IMG/VR virus record: IMGVR_UViG_3300043773_000950
Span: 1-52,743 of that record
Strand: one strand, 5' to 3'
Source of the DNA: a virus
Taxonomy: Duplodnaviria > Caudoviricetes
Length of the DNA: 52,743 nucleotides
Part shown: one piece after another, positions 37,030 to 46,218 of the stretch
Position numbering within the stretch: the stretch's first letter is position 1
Layout of the letters: each line of letters opens with the position of its first letter
Made by a program: the position numbers and the translations under genes
Notes under the pieces: model-generated
The model's input: the letters and a program-made list of their open reading frames with translations, nothing else
Told to the model about the DNA's origin: nothing
The model's database searches: none

Positions 37030-38436
37030 TTAGGCGCCCTGAATGTCGCCAACACCTTCGCAGTTGTAGCAATCCAGCGAATTGCTCGGCGGGGTGTAGT
37101 CGTTCAGCGGGCAGCAGGAACCGTAGAGGTTCTTGGTCTTCGGCAGGCGATGCAAGAAGCAGTGCATCAAGGTCGGGTCTTTGACCTGAGCCGCGAGGCG
37201 GAACTGGGCCTGATAGTAGCCCATTTTGCGCCAGCGGTTGCACTCCCAATCGGGGTTCTTCCACTCCCAGTCACCAGCGTAGTTCTGGGTCTGCATCTGA
37301 GCTTGGCTGTAACCAGTGGAGGAAGGCATCGTCCACTTGACCATCGACTTGTTGACCATCGCAACGGAGATCGCGAAATCTGCGTTCTGGTAGTCCTTGT
37401 TCGGGATGTAGCTGCAACCGTTCTCCTGCACCACTTTGATGTAGCGAGGAACGCGGATGAGGCTGGCCCATGTGGTAGGATCAGTCGGGCTGAACGGACC
37501 TGCGGGTTGGGTGGGGTTCTTGTTGAACCGAGCGGCGTTGATGTCATACCCGAAGGCGTAGTCACCGATGACGCGGTTGACACCCAGCTTGAGGCTGGAG
37601 AGGCGGGCGTCGAAGTCGGTGTTGGCATCCCAGTAGCCATTGTTGCGCTTCGCTTGGAAGTAGAGCGCACGACCAACACGGGGATCGGGAATGACGATGT
37701 CAAGAAGCTGCATGCCAGTCGCTTCTGCGATGTCGAGGCGGAAGGCATCGTCTTCGTTCTGAAGGTCGATGAGCGCATCGTCAAGGAGATCGAGCGAGAG
37801 GTAAGCGATCTTGTTCAGGTCTGCGGGGGCGAGTTTGACGCGCACTTCGCAGAGGTTGTAACCAGCATTGGAGTTAAGCTCGTTGTTGAGATTCGGGACA
37901 TACCACGCTTGGTCATCGACCAGACCGCAGTAGGTGCCGTCTTCGGTGGTAACACCGAGCCATTTGTGACCAGCGCCACCGATGTAGTTCGCACGGAGGA
38001 ACTCTTCGTGGACATTCTTGGTGATGCGGGCGTTGGACTCTTCGAACTGAAGGATTTCTTCAGCGGGGAAGAGGCGATACAGAAGCGACTCGACGCAAAT
38101 CCAGTCGGTGTGCATCTCTTTACGGAGCAACTCGAAAGTGTAGCTCTCCGTGCCGGGGCGCTGCACAACTTCGCTCAAGGTAGAGCAGGAGTCGGTGCCG
38201 CAGTAGTCATCGACAATCTTGCGGAACGGGGTGCAGGGATCGTGGAAACCACGCCCGAAGCGGAACGCTTTCTGTTCGGTGGTGTGATTGAGGGGCCAAG
38301 GTTGCTCCTCGAAACGGGTGAAGTATGTGGAGTTGGTGACGAGCTTCTTCACATAGAGGTCGTTGAAATACTCACGGCCCTCGCGGAAAAAGGAGTCCAA
38401 CTCTTCACAGCTATTGAATTGAATGAGTTCTGACAT
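37030..38436 (-). CDS. Major capsid protein
   Basis: 468 aa, strongly biased codon usage, portal-scaffold-capsid order, its own upstream promoter-like site and long leader. Confidence 0.75.
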   Translation of the reverse strand: MSELIQFNSCEELDSFFREGREYFNDLYVKKLVTNSTYFTRFEEQPWPLNHTTEQKAFRFGRGFHDPCTPFRKIVDDYCGTDSCSTLSEVVQRPGTESYTFELLRKEMHTDWICVESLLYRLFPAEEILQFEESNARITKNVHEEFLRANYIGGAGHKWLGVTTEDGTYCGLVDDQAWYVPNLNNELNSNAGYNLCEVRVKLAPADLNKIAYLSLDLLDDALIDLQNEDDAFRLDIAEATGMQLLDIVIPDPRVGRALYFQAKRNNGYWDANTDFDARLSSLKLGVNRVIGDYAFGYDINAARFNKNPTQPAGPFSPTDPTTWASLIRVPRYIKVVQENGCSYIPNKDYQNADFAISVAMVNKSMVKWTMPSSTGYSQAQMQTQNYAGDWEWKNPDWECNRWRKMGYYQAQFRLAAQVKDPTLMHCFLHRLPKTKNLYGSCCPLNDYTPPSNSLDCYNCEGVGDIQGA

Positions 38437-38677
38437 TTTATTAGTTTGGTTTGTTGGTTTGGTTTAGTTTACACTTGCTCAACGGATCGAAATCCCAAAG
38501 CGAGTGCTTGGTTTTTCGAGCCGGAGTCTACCCTCGGTGTCCTTGCGGACCAGTCCGGTTACCGTTTGTTTGCGAGATCGGTGACTCGCCAGCCAGAGCG
38601 GACTGATTCCCCTAATTGCTCACGCTTTCGGCATACTCTGTATCCTCACAACTACTACATCATTTTACTGTGTCAAA

Positions 38678-38726
38678 TAAAAAAACAGAAAGGGGGCAAG
38701 ATTTTTTATGTCTTACCCCCTTCCAG
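38678..38726 (-). terminator. Intrinsic terminator after the scaffold gene
   Basis: Minus strand GAAGGGGGTAAGA...TCTTGCCCCCTTTC followed by a T-run. Confidence 0.7.
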
Positions 38727-38744
38727 CAGTTTTGGATATAGGCG

Positions 38745-40022
38745 TTATGCTGCTACTGCTGCCCTGCCTTGCGGTGTGAAGCGGGACAATTTCGAAGCCA
38801 GTCCTTCGCTGATAGTCATCCTGCGCTGCTGGGAATCTGTCGCTTTCGGGCTGCTCTCGATCTTTGATGCGCCCTTGAGCTTGTTAATAAAATCATCCTT
38901 TTCTTTTAACATCTCAGCTTGCGCTTTGACCAAGGCTTGTAGCTTCTTGTAGACGCGTCCCTGATGGATCAAGCGATTCATGTCATCAACAGATGCCGGG
39001 TCATCGCTCTGCTTAGTGGCGGAAAGTGCAATGGCATCGTCTTTAGTCGTATCAAACTCAATGCCTTTGTCCTTCATGTAGGAAGAGATTTCGTCCGAAA
39101 TTTGTATCTCTTTTTCGGTCAATTCTCCCTGCTTCTTGTAGGAATCACGCCATGTGTTAATGAACTGACTGCGGGCTTCCACCTCTTTCTCCTTCGCCTT
39201 GCGGGTCAGATCGTCTTTGGTGGTCTTCCAGTCCACAAGCGCATTGAAGTGTGTCTGTGTCGCCCGCTCAAAATTCTTGATGGCATCAACGAACCTGACT
39301 TGGTTGTAGATATCAAGAGATTGTGTGAGTTCTTTCAGCGTATCGTTCTTCTCGCGGATCGCCTCCTTGCGGATTTCTTCCGTTGCAGCGTTGTAGATCG
39401 CGGCATTTGCTGCTGTGGCGCGGGTGAATAGTGCCGCAAGCGTGGGATCATCCCCGACGATTTCCTTTGCCTCGAAATACGAGTTCTGGATTGGAATGAC
39501 ATACTTCTCTTGGAAGTCTTTGCTCTGAGTGATATCATTGAACTCAACCTTCTGTCGAAGCTCTTGCAGTTCCTTTGTGAGATTGGCTTCCAACTCAGCC
39601 TTCTGCTCGTTCGCCTTGTTGAGTTGTTCTTGATAGTGGTTAGCCTCTTGTGTGGTCTGGCTTCCCTTTACCAACTGCTCAAGCTCCGCGATCTTGCTGG
39701 TGTATTTGGGAATCTCATCGTTCTTGAACTTCTCCAACTCTTCTTTAAGGCGGCGGTTCTCCTCGATCTGTTTCTGAACGAATCCCGGCTTCTTCTTCTC
39801 AATGCTGATGAGCGGCTTCTTCTCCTGCTCGTTATCGTTAACGATAACTTCATCCTGCTCTTCTGCGGCCTGCTCCTCTTTGGGTTGTGCCGCCGAGCCA
39901 TCTGGATTCTTTGCAAACCTCTTCAAGAAGTCTGCCGTGTTTCCCTTAATGGGAACTGTTGATTTCGATTGGAGGTCTTTGATGATCTCCGCTGTTTCTT
40001 GCTGTTGTGTATCTTCGCTCAT
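38745..40022 (-). CDS. Putative capsid scaffolding protein
   Basis: 425 aa, E/K/Q-rich coiled coil, between portal and capsid. Confidence 0.65.
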   Translation of the reverse strand: MSEDTQQQETAEIIKDLQSKSTVPIKGNTADFLKRFAKNPDGSAAQPKEEQAAEEQDEVIVNDNEQEKKPLISIEKKKPGFVQKQIEENRRLKEELEKFKNDEIPKYTSKIAELEQLVKGSQTTQEANHYQEQLNKANEQKAELEANLTKELQELRQKVEFNDITQSKDFQEKYVIPIQNSYFEAKEIVGDDPTLAALFTRATAANAAIYNAATEEIRKEAIREKNDTLKELTQSLDIYNQVRFVDAIKNFERATQTHFNALVDWKTTKDDLTRKAKEKEVEARSQFINTWRDSYKKQGELTEKEIQISDEISSYMKDKGIEFDTTKDDAIALSATKQSDDPASVDDMNRLIHQGRVYKKLQALVKAQAEMLKEKDDFINKLKGASKIESSPKATDSQQRRMTISEGLASKLSRFTPQGRAAVAA

Positions 40023-40025
40023 AAA

Positions 40026-40265
40026 TTATGATTCATCGAGGTCAGGATCGATTGTCTCTTCCTCTTGTTGTTTCGCCCTCTTTGCCTTCTTGAACTTTTC
40101 TGTTCCAGATTCGGCGCAGACTTCTATTGAGTTGATTGCATGACGAACGGATTCGATTCCGCTCGACGGGCATGTCATCAGTATGTGGGTCTTGAGTGCA
40201 TACCATTCGTCATGGTTGATGATGGATGCACACAGTCCCTGTATTCGGTCTGTGGTGTTTGTCAT
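40026..40265 (-). CDS. Hypothetical protein
   Basis: 79-aa ORF overlapping the portal stop. Confidence 0.65.
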   Translation of the reverse strand: MTNTTDRIQGLCASIINHDEWYALKTHILMTCPSSGIESVRHAINSIEVCAESGTEKFKKAKRAKQQEEETIDPDLDES

Positions 40266-42808
40266 TGTTGTTCAGGTTGAACTGGCTGCATGGGAACTTC
40301 CTCTTCCTCCTCGACCTCTACCTCCTCTTCGGGGGTTTCGATCTCCTCAGTCTCCTCTTCCTCTTCTACTTCCTCTTCTTCCTCTACTTCTGGCTGTCTA
40401 GCAATCTGCATCACTTGTTCCTCAAACATATTTGGCTGCTCCGGTTCGGCAACGCGACGAGCCTTTGATACTGTCTTCTGAATCTCTGCACGGGCCTTGG
40501 CCTTCTGAAGAGCGAGTTGGGTGATACCTTGGCGCTCTCTCTGCTCTGTGCGTTGGGCGTGGCTGACGGCAGCCTTGCCGATAGAGATGTCTGCCAACTT
40601 CTTTTTGGTGTCGATCTCGATGCCAGACTTCGCGGCGAGGTATTGGAGTTTGATGTCTTCTTCGGACATCCCTTGGCCTTGACCCTGCTGGCTCTGCTGC
40701 ATGTCTGCGAGGACTTGCGCGAGTTGATCTCCGAGCTTTCCTGCTTCTCCCATGCCTTGCATGAACTGTTTGACGAAATCCTTTTTCGATTGGTCTTTGG
40801 AGATGAACTCGACATGGGCCATGATGTGACCACCTTTGAATTGGATCGAGCGGACGGCTTTGCCGAGTTCATTGATGTCGGGTGCGCCAGCCTGCACCAT
40901 CTGCAAGTTTGTTTGCAGTTGGAGCATCAAGTCCGCGAAGTGACCCTGCGCGTGTTCGACATGGGGATCGGTGGGAAGGACTGGGAAGTTAGCTGGGTTC
41001 ACGAACACATCGGTCATGCCTGCGTTCTCGAAACCGATAATTCGAGCAGTATCGTCAATGCGCTCTGCCTTGGTGTCGCGGTAACGAATCACATTGTCGC
41101 GTCCTGCTAGTGCTGCGATTGCGTCCTTGACTGCGTTCTCTTGCCCCTCGTTCGCTGGAGTGATCGAAGTAAGTTGGACAAGTTTCTCCGCAGTAATAAG
41201 TTTGAACGAAGGAGAACCCGCTCCATTGATAAGGTTGCTTCTGACGCTAGTAATGTTCTTCCAAGACGCCGCTTCCTTTGGAGTGCCAAGCTCTTCCAAG
41301 ATTGTATAGAACTTCTGGACATACTCATAGCCATCATCGTTCCTGTTCGATGATACAAATCGTCGGTAAAGCTCGCGGAAGTATAGCGTTTCGCACTCGT
41401 TGAATCGGCGGATTTGGGTGCCAGAAAGTTTCGCGGATTCGGCGGCGTCGAGTTCTGCTTCTCCCTTGGTGCGCTGCTTTCCTCCCATTGCAGGCTGACC
41501 GATCCTATACTGCCCAAGATTTCGGTATAGATCGCCCATGTAGAACTGCATGAATGCCATGCTCTCCTGCACTGGGAGTTGAATGCGGTTCTGCGCGAAC
41601 TTCGCTCCGTCTGGCATGATGGACATTGGGAGCCATTCCATTTGCTTGAGCATCTTCGTGGCATCTGGTCCTTGTCCTTCAAGGAGGAGCATTGAGTTTA
41701 GACGAACTGCGTCCACCAGACTGTTCATCGTGAAGTCATACTGTCGACAGGCAACATACGCGGCTTCCGCTTGGCTCTTGATATCGTGGAATAGTCCTGA
41801 TCCAACAGAGTCTGTCAGCATGTAAAGAATCTCAGACCAGTCATTATATGCCCCGACTTTGAGCATCATAAACCCATGCTGGTCGCGGATCGTCGCCTCG
41901 CTGATCTTGTTGTTCCCGCGCAAGGTTCCATTTACATGGGTGATGATAGGATTGTAGTCTTGGAGAATAACCCCCTTGGATATGGTGCCGTCGAACTCCC
42001 TCCAGTAGATTTCGTAGAGGTCGATCTTCTGGTTCACGGACAATGCCCAATTGAAGCTGGCCTCCGAAATCATTCGGAAGAAGTCTTCGCGGGTTCGATT
42101 ATGTTCCGTGAATGCCCTGTGAAATCGAATAGCGTCGATTGTAGCGTCTACATTCCAGCCGAGGGCTTCTGCCGCATCGCGATTTTGGATGATTTTGTAA
42201 AGCTCGTAGGGGGTCGGTCTGCGGCGAACAACGAACTCTTCAAGATTGGAGAAATCCACTTTGACATCATCTGGAAAAAGAAGGTCAGATAGAAAGACAT
42301 GCTTCGGCATCCACCCGACTGGACTTTCCCACATGCCGATGCCTTTTCCGTAGAGCAGCATTTCTTCGATGTCTTGCTCTTTGTTGTAGAGGTAGCCGGG
42401 CCATTCGCGGATCGCTTGGTCGAACGCTTGCGTGATGTTCTCCGAGTGCATGAGGCGTTCCCTCTTGTTCCCGAACTTTGTTTTGATCGTGGCACATGCT
42501 TGCCTCTCCGTGATGATGTCATAATAACTTGATTTCTGATTGTTTACGATTGCCTCTAGTGTCCCCCAGTTCACATCAGAACTGAATGGAAGCCTCTTCT
42601 CTGCAATCTTGCTGTATCCAGTAGGAGGGAACCTCTTGTAGGATTTGTAGACCCTGATCCTTTTGTTCTCCCGCCCGACATTGTTCCTCGCCAGATTGTC
42701 CGCGATTGACCAAGCATGGTTCGCGGAGGAGATTCGTGTTTCGGGGGGATTGCCGTCCGGTCCTAGGGTCAGCAAAGTAAAGTTGTCGTTTCCTACTGAG
42801 ATTGGCAT
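40262..42808 (-). CDS. Portal protein
   Basis: 848 aa; RTKGEA motif; helical Q/E-rich C-terminal extension like P22-type portals; first large gene of the head block. Confidence 0.7.
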   Translation of the reverse strand: MPISVGNDNFTLLTLGPDGNPPETRISSANHAWSIADNLARNNVGRENKRIRVYKSYKRFPPTGYSKIAEKRLPFSSDVNWGTLEAIVNNQKSSYYDIITERQACATIKTKFGNKRERLMHSENITQAFDQAIREWPGYLYNKEQDIEEMLLYGKGIGMWESPVGWMPKHVFLSDLLFPDDVKVDFSNLEEFVVRRRPTPYELYKIIQNRDAAEALGWNVDATIDAIRFHRAFTEHNRTREDFFRMISEASFNWALSVNQKIDLYEIYWREFDGTISKGVILQDYNPIITHVNGTLRGNNKISEATIRDQHGFMMLKVGAYNDWSEILYMLTDSVGSGLFHDIKSQAEAAYVACRQYDFTMNSLVDAVRLNSMLLLEGQGPDATKMLKQMEWLPMSIMPDGAKFAQNRIQLPVQESMAFMQFYMGDLYRNLGQYRIGQPAMGGKQRTKGEAELDAAESAKLSGTQIRRFNECETLYFRELYRRFVSSNRNDDGYEYVQKFYTILEELGTPKEAASWKNITSVRSNLINGAGSPSFKLITAEKLVQLTSITPANEGQENAVKDAIAALAGRDNVIRYRDTKAERIDDTARIIGFENAGMTDVFVNPANFPVLPTDPHVEHAQGHFADLMLQLQTNLQMVQAGAPDINELGKAVRSIQFKGGHIMAHVEFISKDQSKKDFVKQFMQGMGEAGKLGDQLAQVLADMQQSQQGQGQGMSEEDIKLQYLAAKSGIEIDTKKKLADISIGKAAVSHAQRTEQRERQGITQLALQKAKARAEIQKTVSKARRVAEPEQPNMFEEQVMQIARQPEVEEEEEVEEEEETEEIETPEEEVEVEEEEEVPMQPVQPEQQ

Positions 42809-42841
42809 AATTCGTTAATTATCGTTGACGATAATCATTTT

Positions 42842-43213
42842 TCAAAGGATTTTATTCAGCTTGTCCCTCCGCTTGCCGCAAGTCGCGCAGCCCTTCGCCT
42901 TTTTCTCCAGCTTTGTTCCGGTTACTTTGTCTATGACGCGGGCGACTCCGTGTATAACATTTGCAACAACATCGCCTGATTGACTCCAGCATCGATCCTC
43001 TGGCTGGCGAAGACAAATCTGATGCTCGACCTGATACTCAAGATCGGCGGGGATTGGGTGCTTGTTTGCATCCATATCCTTCTTGATATTTGAGATTAGG
43101 CTCTTGAATGTGCTTCCGTAAACCTTCGCGGGGAATGTGAGATCGCCGCGCTTGAGGTCATACTTGAAATACCAACCACCCACTGGAGAAAGATTTTGAT
43201 CCTTCAGTTTCAT
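42842..43213 (-). CDS. Hypothetical Cys-containing protein
   Basis: PVGGW...QIC...C...GCATCGKRRDKLN. Confidence 0.65.
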   Translation of the reverse strand: MKLKDQNLSPVGGWYFKYDLKRGDLTFPAKVYGSTFKSLISNIKKDMDANKHPIPADLEYQVEHQICLRQPEDRCWSQSGDVVANVIHGVARVIDKVTGTKLEKKAKGCATCGKRRDKLNKIL

Positions 43214-43250
43214 CTTGATTTAAGCTGGAAGATGTAGTTTTCTACTTCGC

Positions 43251-45098
43251 GTGTCAAGAGATTTTGTTGGTCAAAATGGTATCAGGCAATACGGGATGCT
43301 TTTTCCCGAAAACATGAATCAGCTTGAAATAGAGCTATATTGCTATGCGATTACTCGCGGGCAGTATGGCAAAACCTATTGTGTGAAAAAGGGATTGGAC
43401 TTATCGGAGTTCAAGCTACTCAGTCCATTTGAACACTTCATCAAGGCCGTTCAGTATATGTGGCCCACTGATGTGGTCATTAAAAATAGGGGCTATACGA
43501 ATACCCAACTTTTGAGGACATTGGAAGAACTCTGCAACAATGACGATGTAGTTCTCGCGGGCGCGGCATCGATGGGAAAGAGCTTCCCTGTTGCATTGTG
43601 GGTTTACTTGGATTGGTGTGCCGCACCGCACTGCACATCTGCTTGGGTGGCTACGACTACTCTTGGTGCTTCGGAAGACCGTATTTGGGGTATCATCTCA
43701 AAGCTGTGGAAGTGTGCTTCAAACCAGATCGGAAACCTTGTAGATTACAGGCACATGATTGTGTGGGGCGGGGCTACGGGCGATGATGATAAGGACTACC
43801 GCAATGCGATTAAGGCTCTGGCATTCCCACAAGGTAACGAGGGCAAGAAAGCAGTCGACACTACCCGTGGTAGGAAAAATGACAGAGTGCGCCTAGCCCT
43901 TGATGAGTTGCCTGAAATGGAAATGGGTGCGCTGACTGCGAAAGTGAACCTGACCTCCAACGATGACAAGGTGTTTATCGGTATCGGCAACCCTTCTGTA
44001 GGTGACAATCCTCACACTCGGTGGTGTATGCCAAAAGGCGCTACGAATTTTGATGGTGTGGATATGGGGATGGATAAGTGGGAGACGGAGACTGGCATCT
44101 GTTTGTTCTACAACGGCATGAAGTCCCCGAACTTCCAAGCCCCGGCTGGAGAGCCGTCTCCTTTCCCATTCCTCATGGACAGGACGAAGCAGGCGCAGAT
44201 GCTTAAGCAGTGCTATGGGGACGAGAATGCTGTGGACTATGTTCGCAATGCCATCGGATGGTGGCCCAAGTCCGGCTTTGCCCAGACGATCCTGACCGCA
44301 GATGTGATCCGTAATGCCAATACCAATGAAGAGCCACTATGGGACTCTGAAGGGTTGGTCAAGGTCGCGGGATTCGATACCGCCTTCACCGCTGGTGGGG
44401 ACAGGTGTGTGCTGACTATCGGGAAACTTGGCTATGTGCGCGGAACTAGGAATCGTGTCCTCTATCTGGAAAAGCAGCATGTCATTCAAATATCTGCTAC
44501 TGCCAGCGCCGAGTTTGAAGTCCAGCTTGCCATAGAGACAATTCGCCTGTGCCGCGAGGCGGGAGTAGAACCAAAACGATTCGGTATGGATGTCTCTGGA
44601 GATGGCGGGCGGGTGGCTCAAGCTATCATCCGCGAGTGGCTCAAGTATGAATCCAGCGGGCATAGCATCGTGCTGATTAGCTCAATGGGTAAACCAACCG
44701 ACCGAATCGCCGCCGATGTCGATAAGCGTCCATGTAATGAAGTCTATGACAGACTGGTATCTGAATACCATTATAGCATATTTCACGGGTTCAAAAGTCG
44801 TGTGCTATTTGGAGTGGATTACGCTACAGAACTAGGTCGGGAACTCTGCCTGCGGAGATACTTCATAAAGAATAAGAAGATCAGTATCGAAACTAAGAAT
44901 GATTACAAAGCGCGGATTGGTTCATCGCCTGACCTTGCGGATAGTTTCAGCTATGCCGTAGAGATGGCCCGCCGATACGGACTCGTTTTTATCGGTAACG
45001 ATAAACCTGTTCCGACTAATCGATTCTGGGCGCGGGACGAGAAGAAGGTCGATATGCCCGACGAAGAGTATGCCTCGCAAGATTGGGGCGAGGATTAA
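43251..45098 (+). CDS. terL: Terminase large subunit
   Basis: Walker A GAASMGKS, Walker B LALDE, coupling motif GIGNP, nuclease GFDTA...GGD and SPDLADS. Confidence 0.88.
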   Translation: MSRDFVGQNGIRQYGMLFPENMNQLEIELYCYAITRGQYGKTYCVKKGLDLSEFKLLSPFEHFIKAVQYMWPTDVVIKNRGYTNTQLLRTLEELCNNDDVVLAGAASMGKSFPVALWVYLDWCAAPHCTSAWVATTTLGASEDRIWGIISKLWKCASNQIGNLVDYRHMIVWGGATGDDDKDYRNAIKALAFPQGNEGKKAVDTTRGRKNDRVRLALDELPEMEMGALTAKVNLTSNDDKVFIGIGNPSVGDNPHTRWCMPKGATNFDGVDMGMDKWETETGICLFYNGMKSPNFQAPAGEPSPFPFLMDRTKQAQMLKQCYGDENAVDYVRNAIGWWPKSGFAQTILTADVIRNANTNEEPLWDSEGLVKVAGFDTAFTAGGDRCVLTIGKLGYVRGTRNRVLYLEKQHVIQISATASAEFEVQLAIETIRLCREAGVEPKRFGMDVSGDGGRVAQAIIREWLKYESSGHSIVLISSMGKPTDRIAADVDKRPCNEVYDRLVSEYHYSIFHGFKSRVLFGVDYATELGRELCLRRYFIKNKKISIETKNDYKARIGSSPDLADSFSYAVEMARRYGLVFIGNDKPVPTNRFWARDEKKVDMPDEEYASQDWGED

Positions 45099-45142
45099 AA
45101 AAGACCCGCCCAATTGCGCATTGTTAAGAGGCGGGGCGGGGC
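45098..45142 (-). terminator. Intrinsic terminator closing the minus-strand ncRNA region
   Basis: Minus strand GCCCCGCCC...GGGCGGGTC followed by TTTTT. Confidence 0.55.
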
Positions 45143-45146
45143 AAAA

Positions 45147-45307
45147 TGGTTTGCGATGGAGTTCAGGTCGCTCGGCTGCTTGATGCGCTTCCTTGAAAAG
45201 GCACGGTTTCCCGCGTCAAGTAAGGGGAATGGTCGCCATTACTGGTCCTGTTCGCCCGCCCCAAGCTACGACTTAGTGGCGTGCCGCCCTCAATGCTCCA
45301 CCGCAAA
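45147..45307 (-). ncRNA. Candidate structured RNA (~160 nt) ending in CCA
   Basis: 12-bp terminal stem TTTGCGGTGGAG/CTCCATCGCAAA, then CCA; several internal hairpins. Confidence 0.5.
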
Positions 45308-45310
45308 TTG

Positions 45311-45409
45311 TTTCCCCCGCCGCGATGCTCCTCCAGACAACCAGAAGCCTTGCCACATCGCGCTTTTCAGTTCCGAGAACCTACTTCGTCTGACATAGGA
45401 ACGGGGAAA
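45311..45409 (-). ncRNA. Candidate structured RNA (~100 nt)
   Basis: Terminal stem TTTCCCCG/CGGGGGAAA and internal GCGCGATG...CATCGCG pairing. Confidence 0.4.
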
Positions 45410-45413
45410 TTAA

Positions 45414-45562
45414 TTGATCGGACTGGGCGCTACTCCAGTTAATTCGATAGCCGTTTTTATTGAGGTGTTCGTCATCCTCTATTTGCGTGTCTCACCTGCA
45501 AGACTTTCGTCAACCAGATGCGGGTGAGCAGAGCTTCACCCGGCTTCCACGCCGCCGATCAA
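45414..45562 (-). ncRNA. tRNA-like structured RNA (~150 nt)
   Basis: Acceptor-like TTGATCGG/CCGATCAA, D-like stem GCGTG/CACGC with inserted hairpins, T-like arm ACTGG-8 nt-CCAGT next to the 3' acceptor strand. Confidence 0.5.
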
Positions 45563-45568
45563 AATACA

Positions 45569-45648
45569 AGCCGGACTAGGGTAAGCCTTTGTCGTTTCCA
45601 TGGAACTTACAGGACGAGGCATGGAGCCTCTTTTCCCCTAGTCTAGCT
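45569..45648 (-). ncRNA. Candidate structured RNA (~80 nt)
   Basis: Terminal stem AGCTAGACTAGGG/CCCTAGTCCGGCT. Confidence 0.4.
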
Positions 45649-45689
45649 AAATTTGTTTCAAAGATCAAGTCTGGCTTTATATGCCAAGG

Positions 45690-45914
45690 CTATTCTAGGA
45701 CACCTTCTAGTTCAAGCGCATTCGCTAGTTCCTCTTGCACCGTGATGAGTGCGTAGGTGTAGCCCTCGCTCGTCTTCTCGATAGGCTCGATTTTGCGAAT
45801 GTTCTCTTTCTGTATCCAGCAGTCGTTGTAGTCCTGCATGAAGCGCAGTTTGTTTGGTTTATCGTCAACGATAAATCCTCTGCATGTGACTAAGCTCTCA
45901 AACTTTGTATTCAT
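45690..45914 (-). CDS. Hypothetical protein
   Basis: 74-aa ORF overlapping the HNH gene. Confidence 0.65.
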   Translation of the reverse strand: MNTKFESLVTCRGFIVDDKPNKLRFMQDYNDCWIQKENIRKIEPIEKTSEGYTYALITVQEELANALELEGVLE

Positions 45915-46218
45915 AAATTAGGTATCCTTTTTCCCTCGCCCACGCGGGATTTGCGTGGATTCTGTCGTGACAGGATCGGCAGCAAGCCATGAAAGTATGC
46001 TTCGCGAGGAGGTTCTTTCCTCTCCCGCTTTTGTGGTGGATGTCTGTTGCTTGCCCGCCGCAGGCTTCACATGTGAAGTTTTTGTCCCAGAGGAATTGCT
46101 TTCTGATTTCAGAATACGCTTTACTTTTTTCTCTGCCTTTTTTCGATACTGCATTCAGCCTACCTCCGCGCTTTTTGAATCCTGTTTTTGCCCGCAACGG
46201 GGTTTTTCTTCGTAGCAT
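45898..46218 (-). CDS. HNH endonuclease
   Basis: CEACG..ATDIHH...CCRSCHDRIH. Confidence 0.85.
   Translation of the reverse strand: MLRRKTPLRAKTGFKKRGGRLNAVSKKGREKSKAYSEIRKQFLWDKNFTCEACGGQATDIHHKSGRGKNLLAKHTFMACCRSCHDRIHANPAWAREKGYLIYEYKV

Noticed and set aside
37150-38433. 427-aa + strand ORF opposite the capsid gene (also 18581-19264 and 19842-20609 opposite the giant gene)
   Set aside because: Expected antisense open frames from biased codon usage; no recognisable motifs.
45114-45398. 98-codon-scale + strand ORF (94 aa) over the RNA array
   Set aside because: TTG start inside a terminator hairpin, implausible composition, and it overlaps the structured elements.
45147-45650. Canonical tRNA or tmRNA genes
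   Set aside because: No GTTCRA T-loop, no standard anticodon arm and no tag reading frame.
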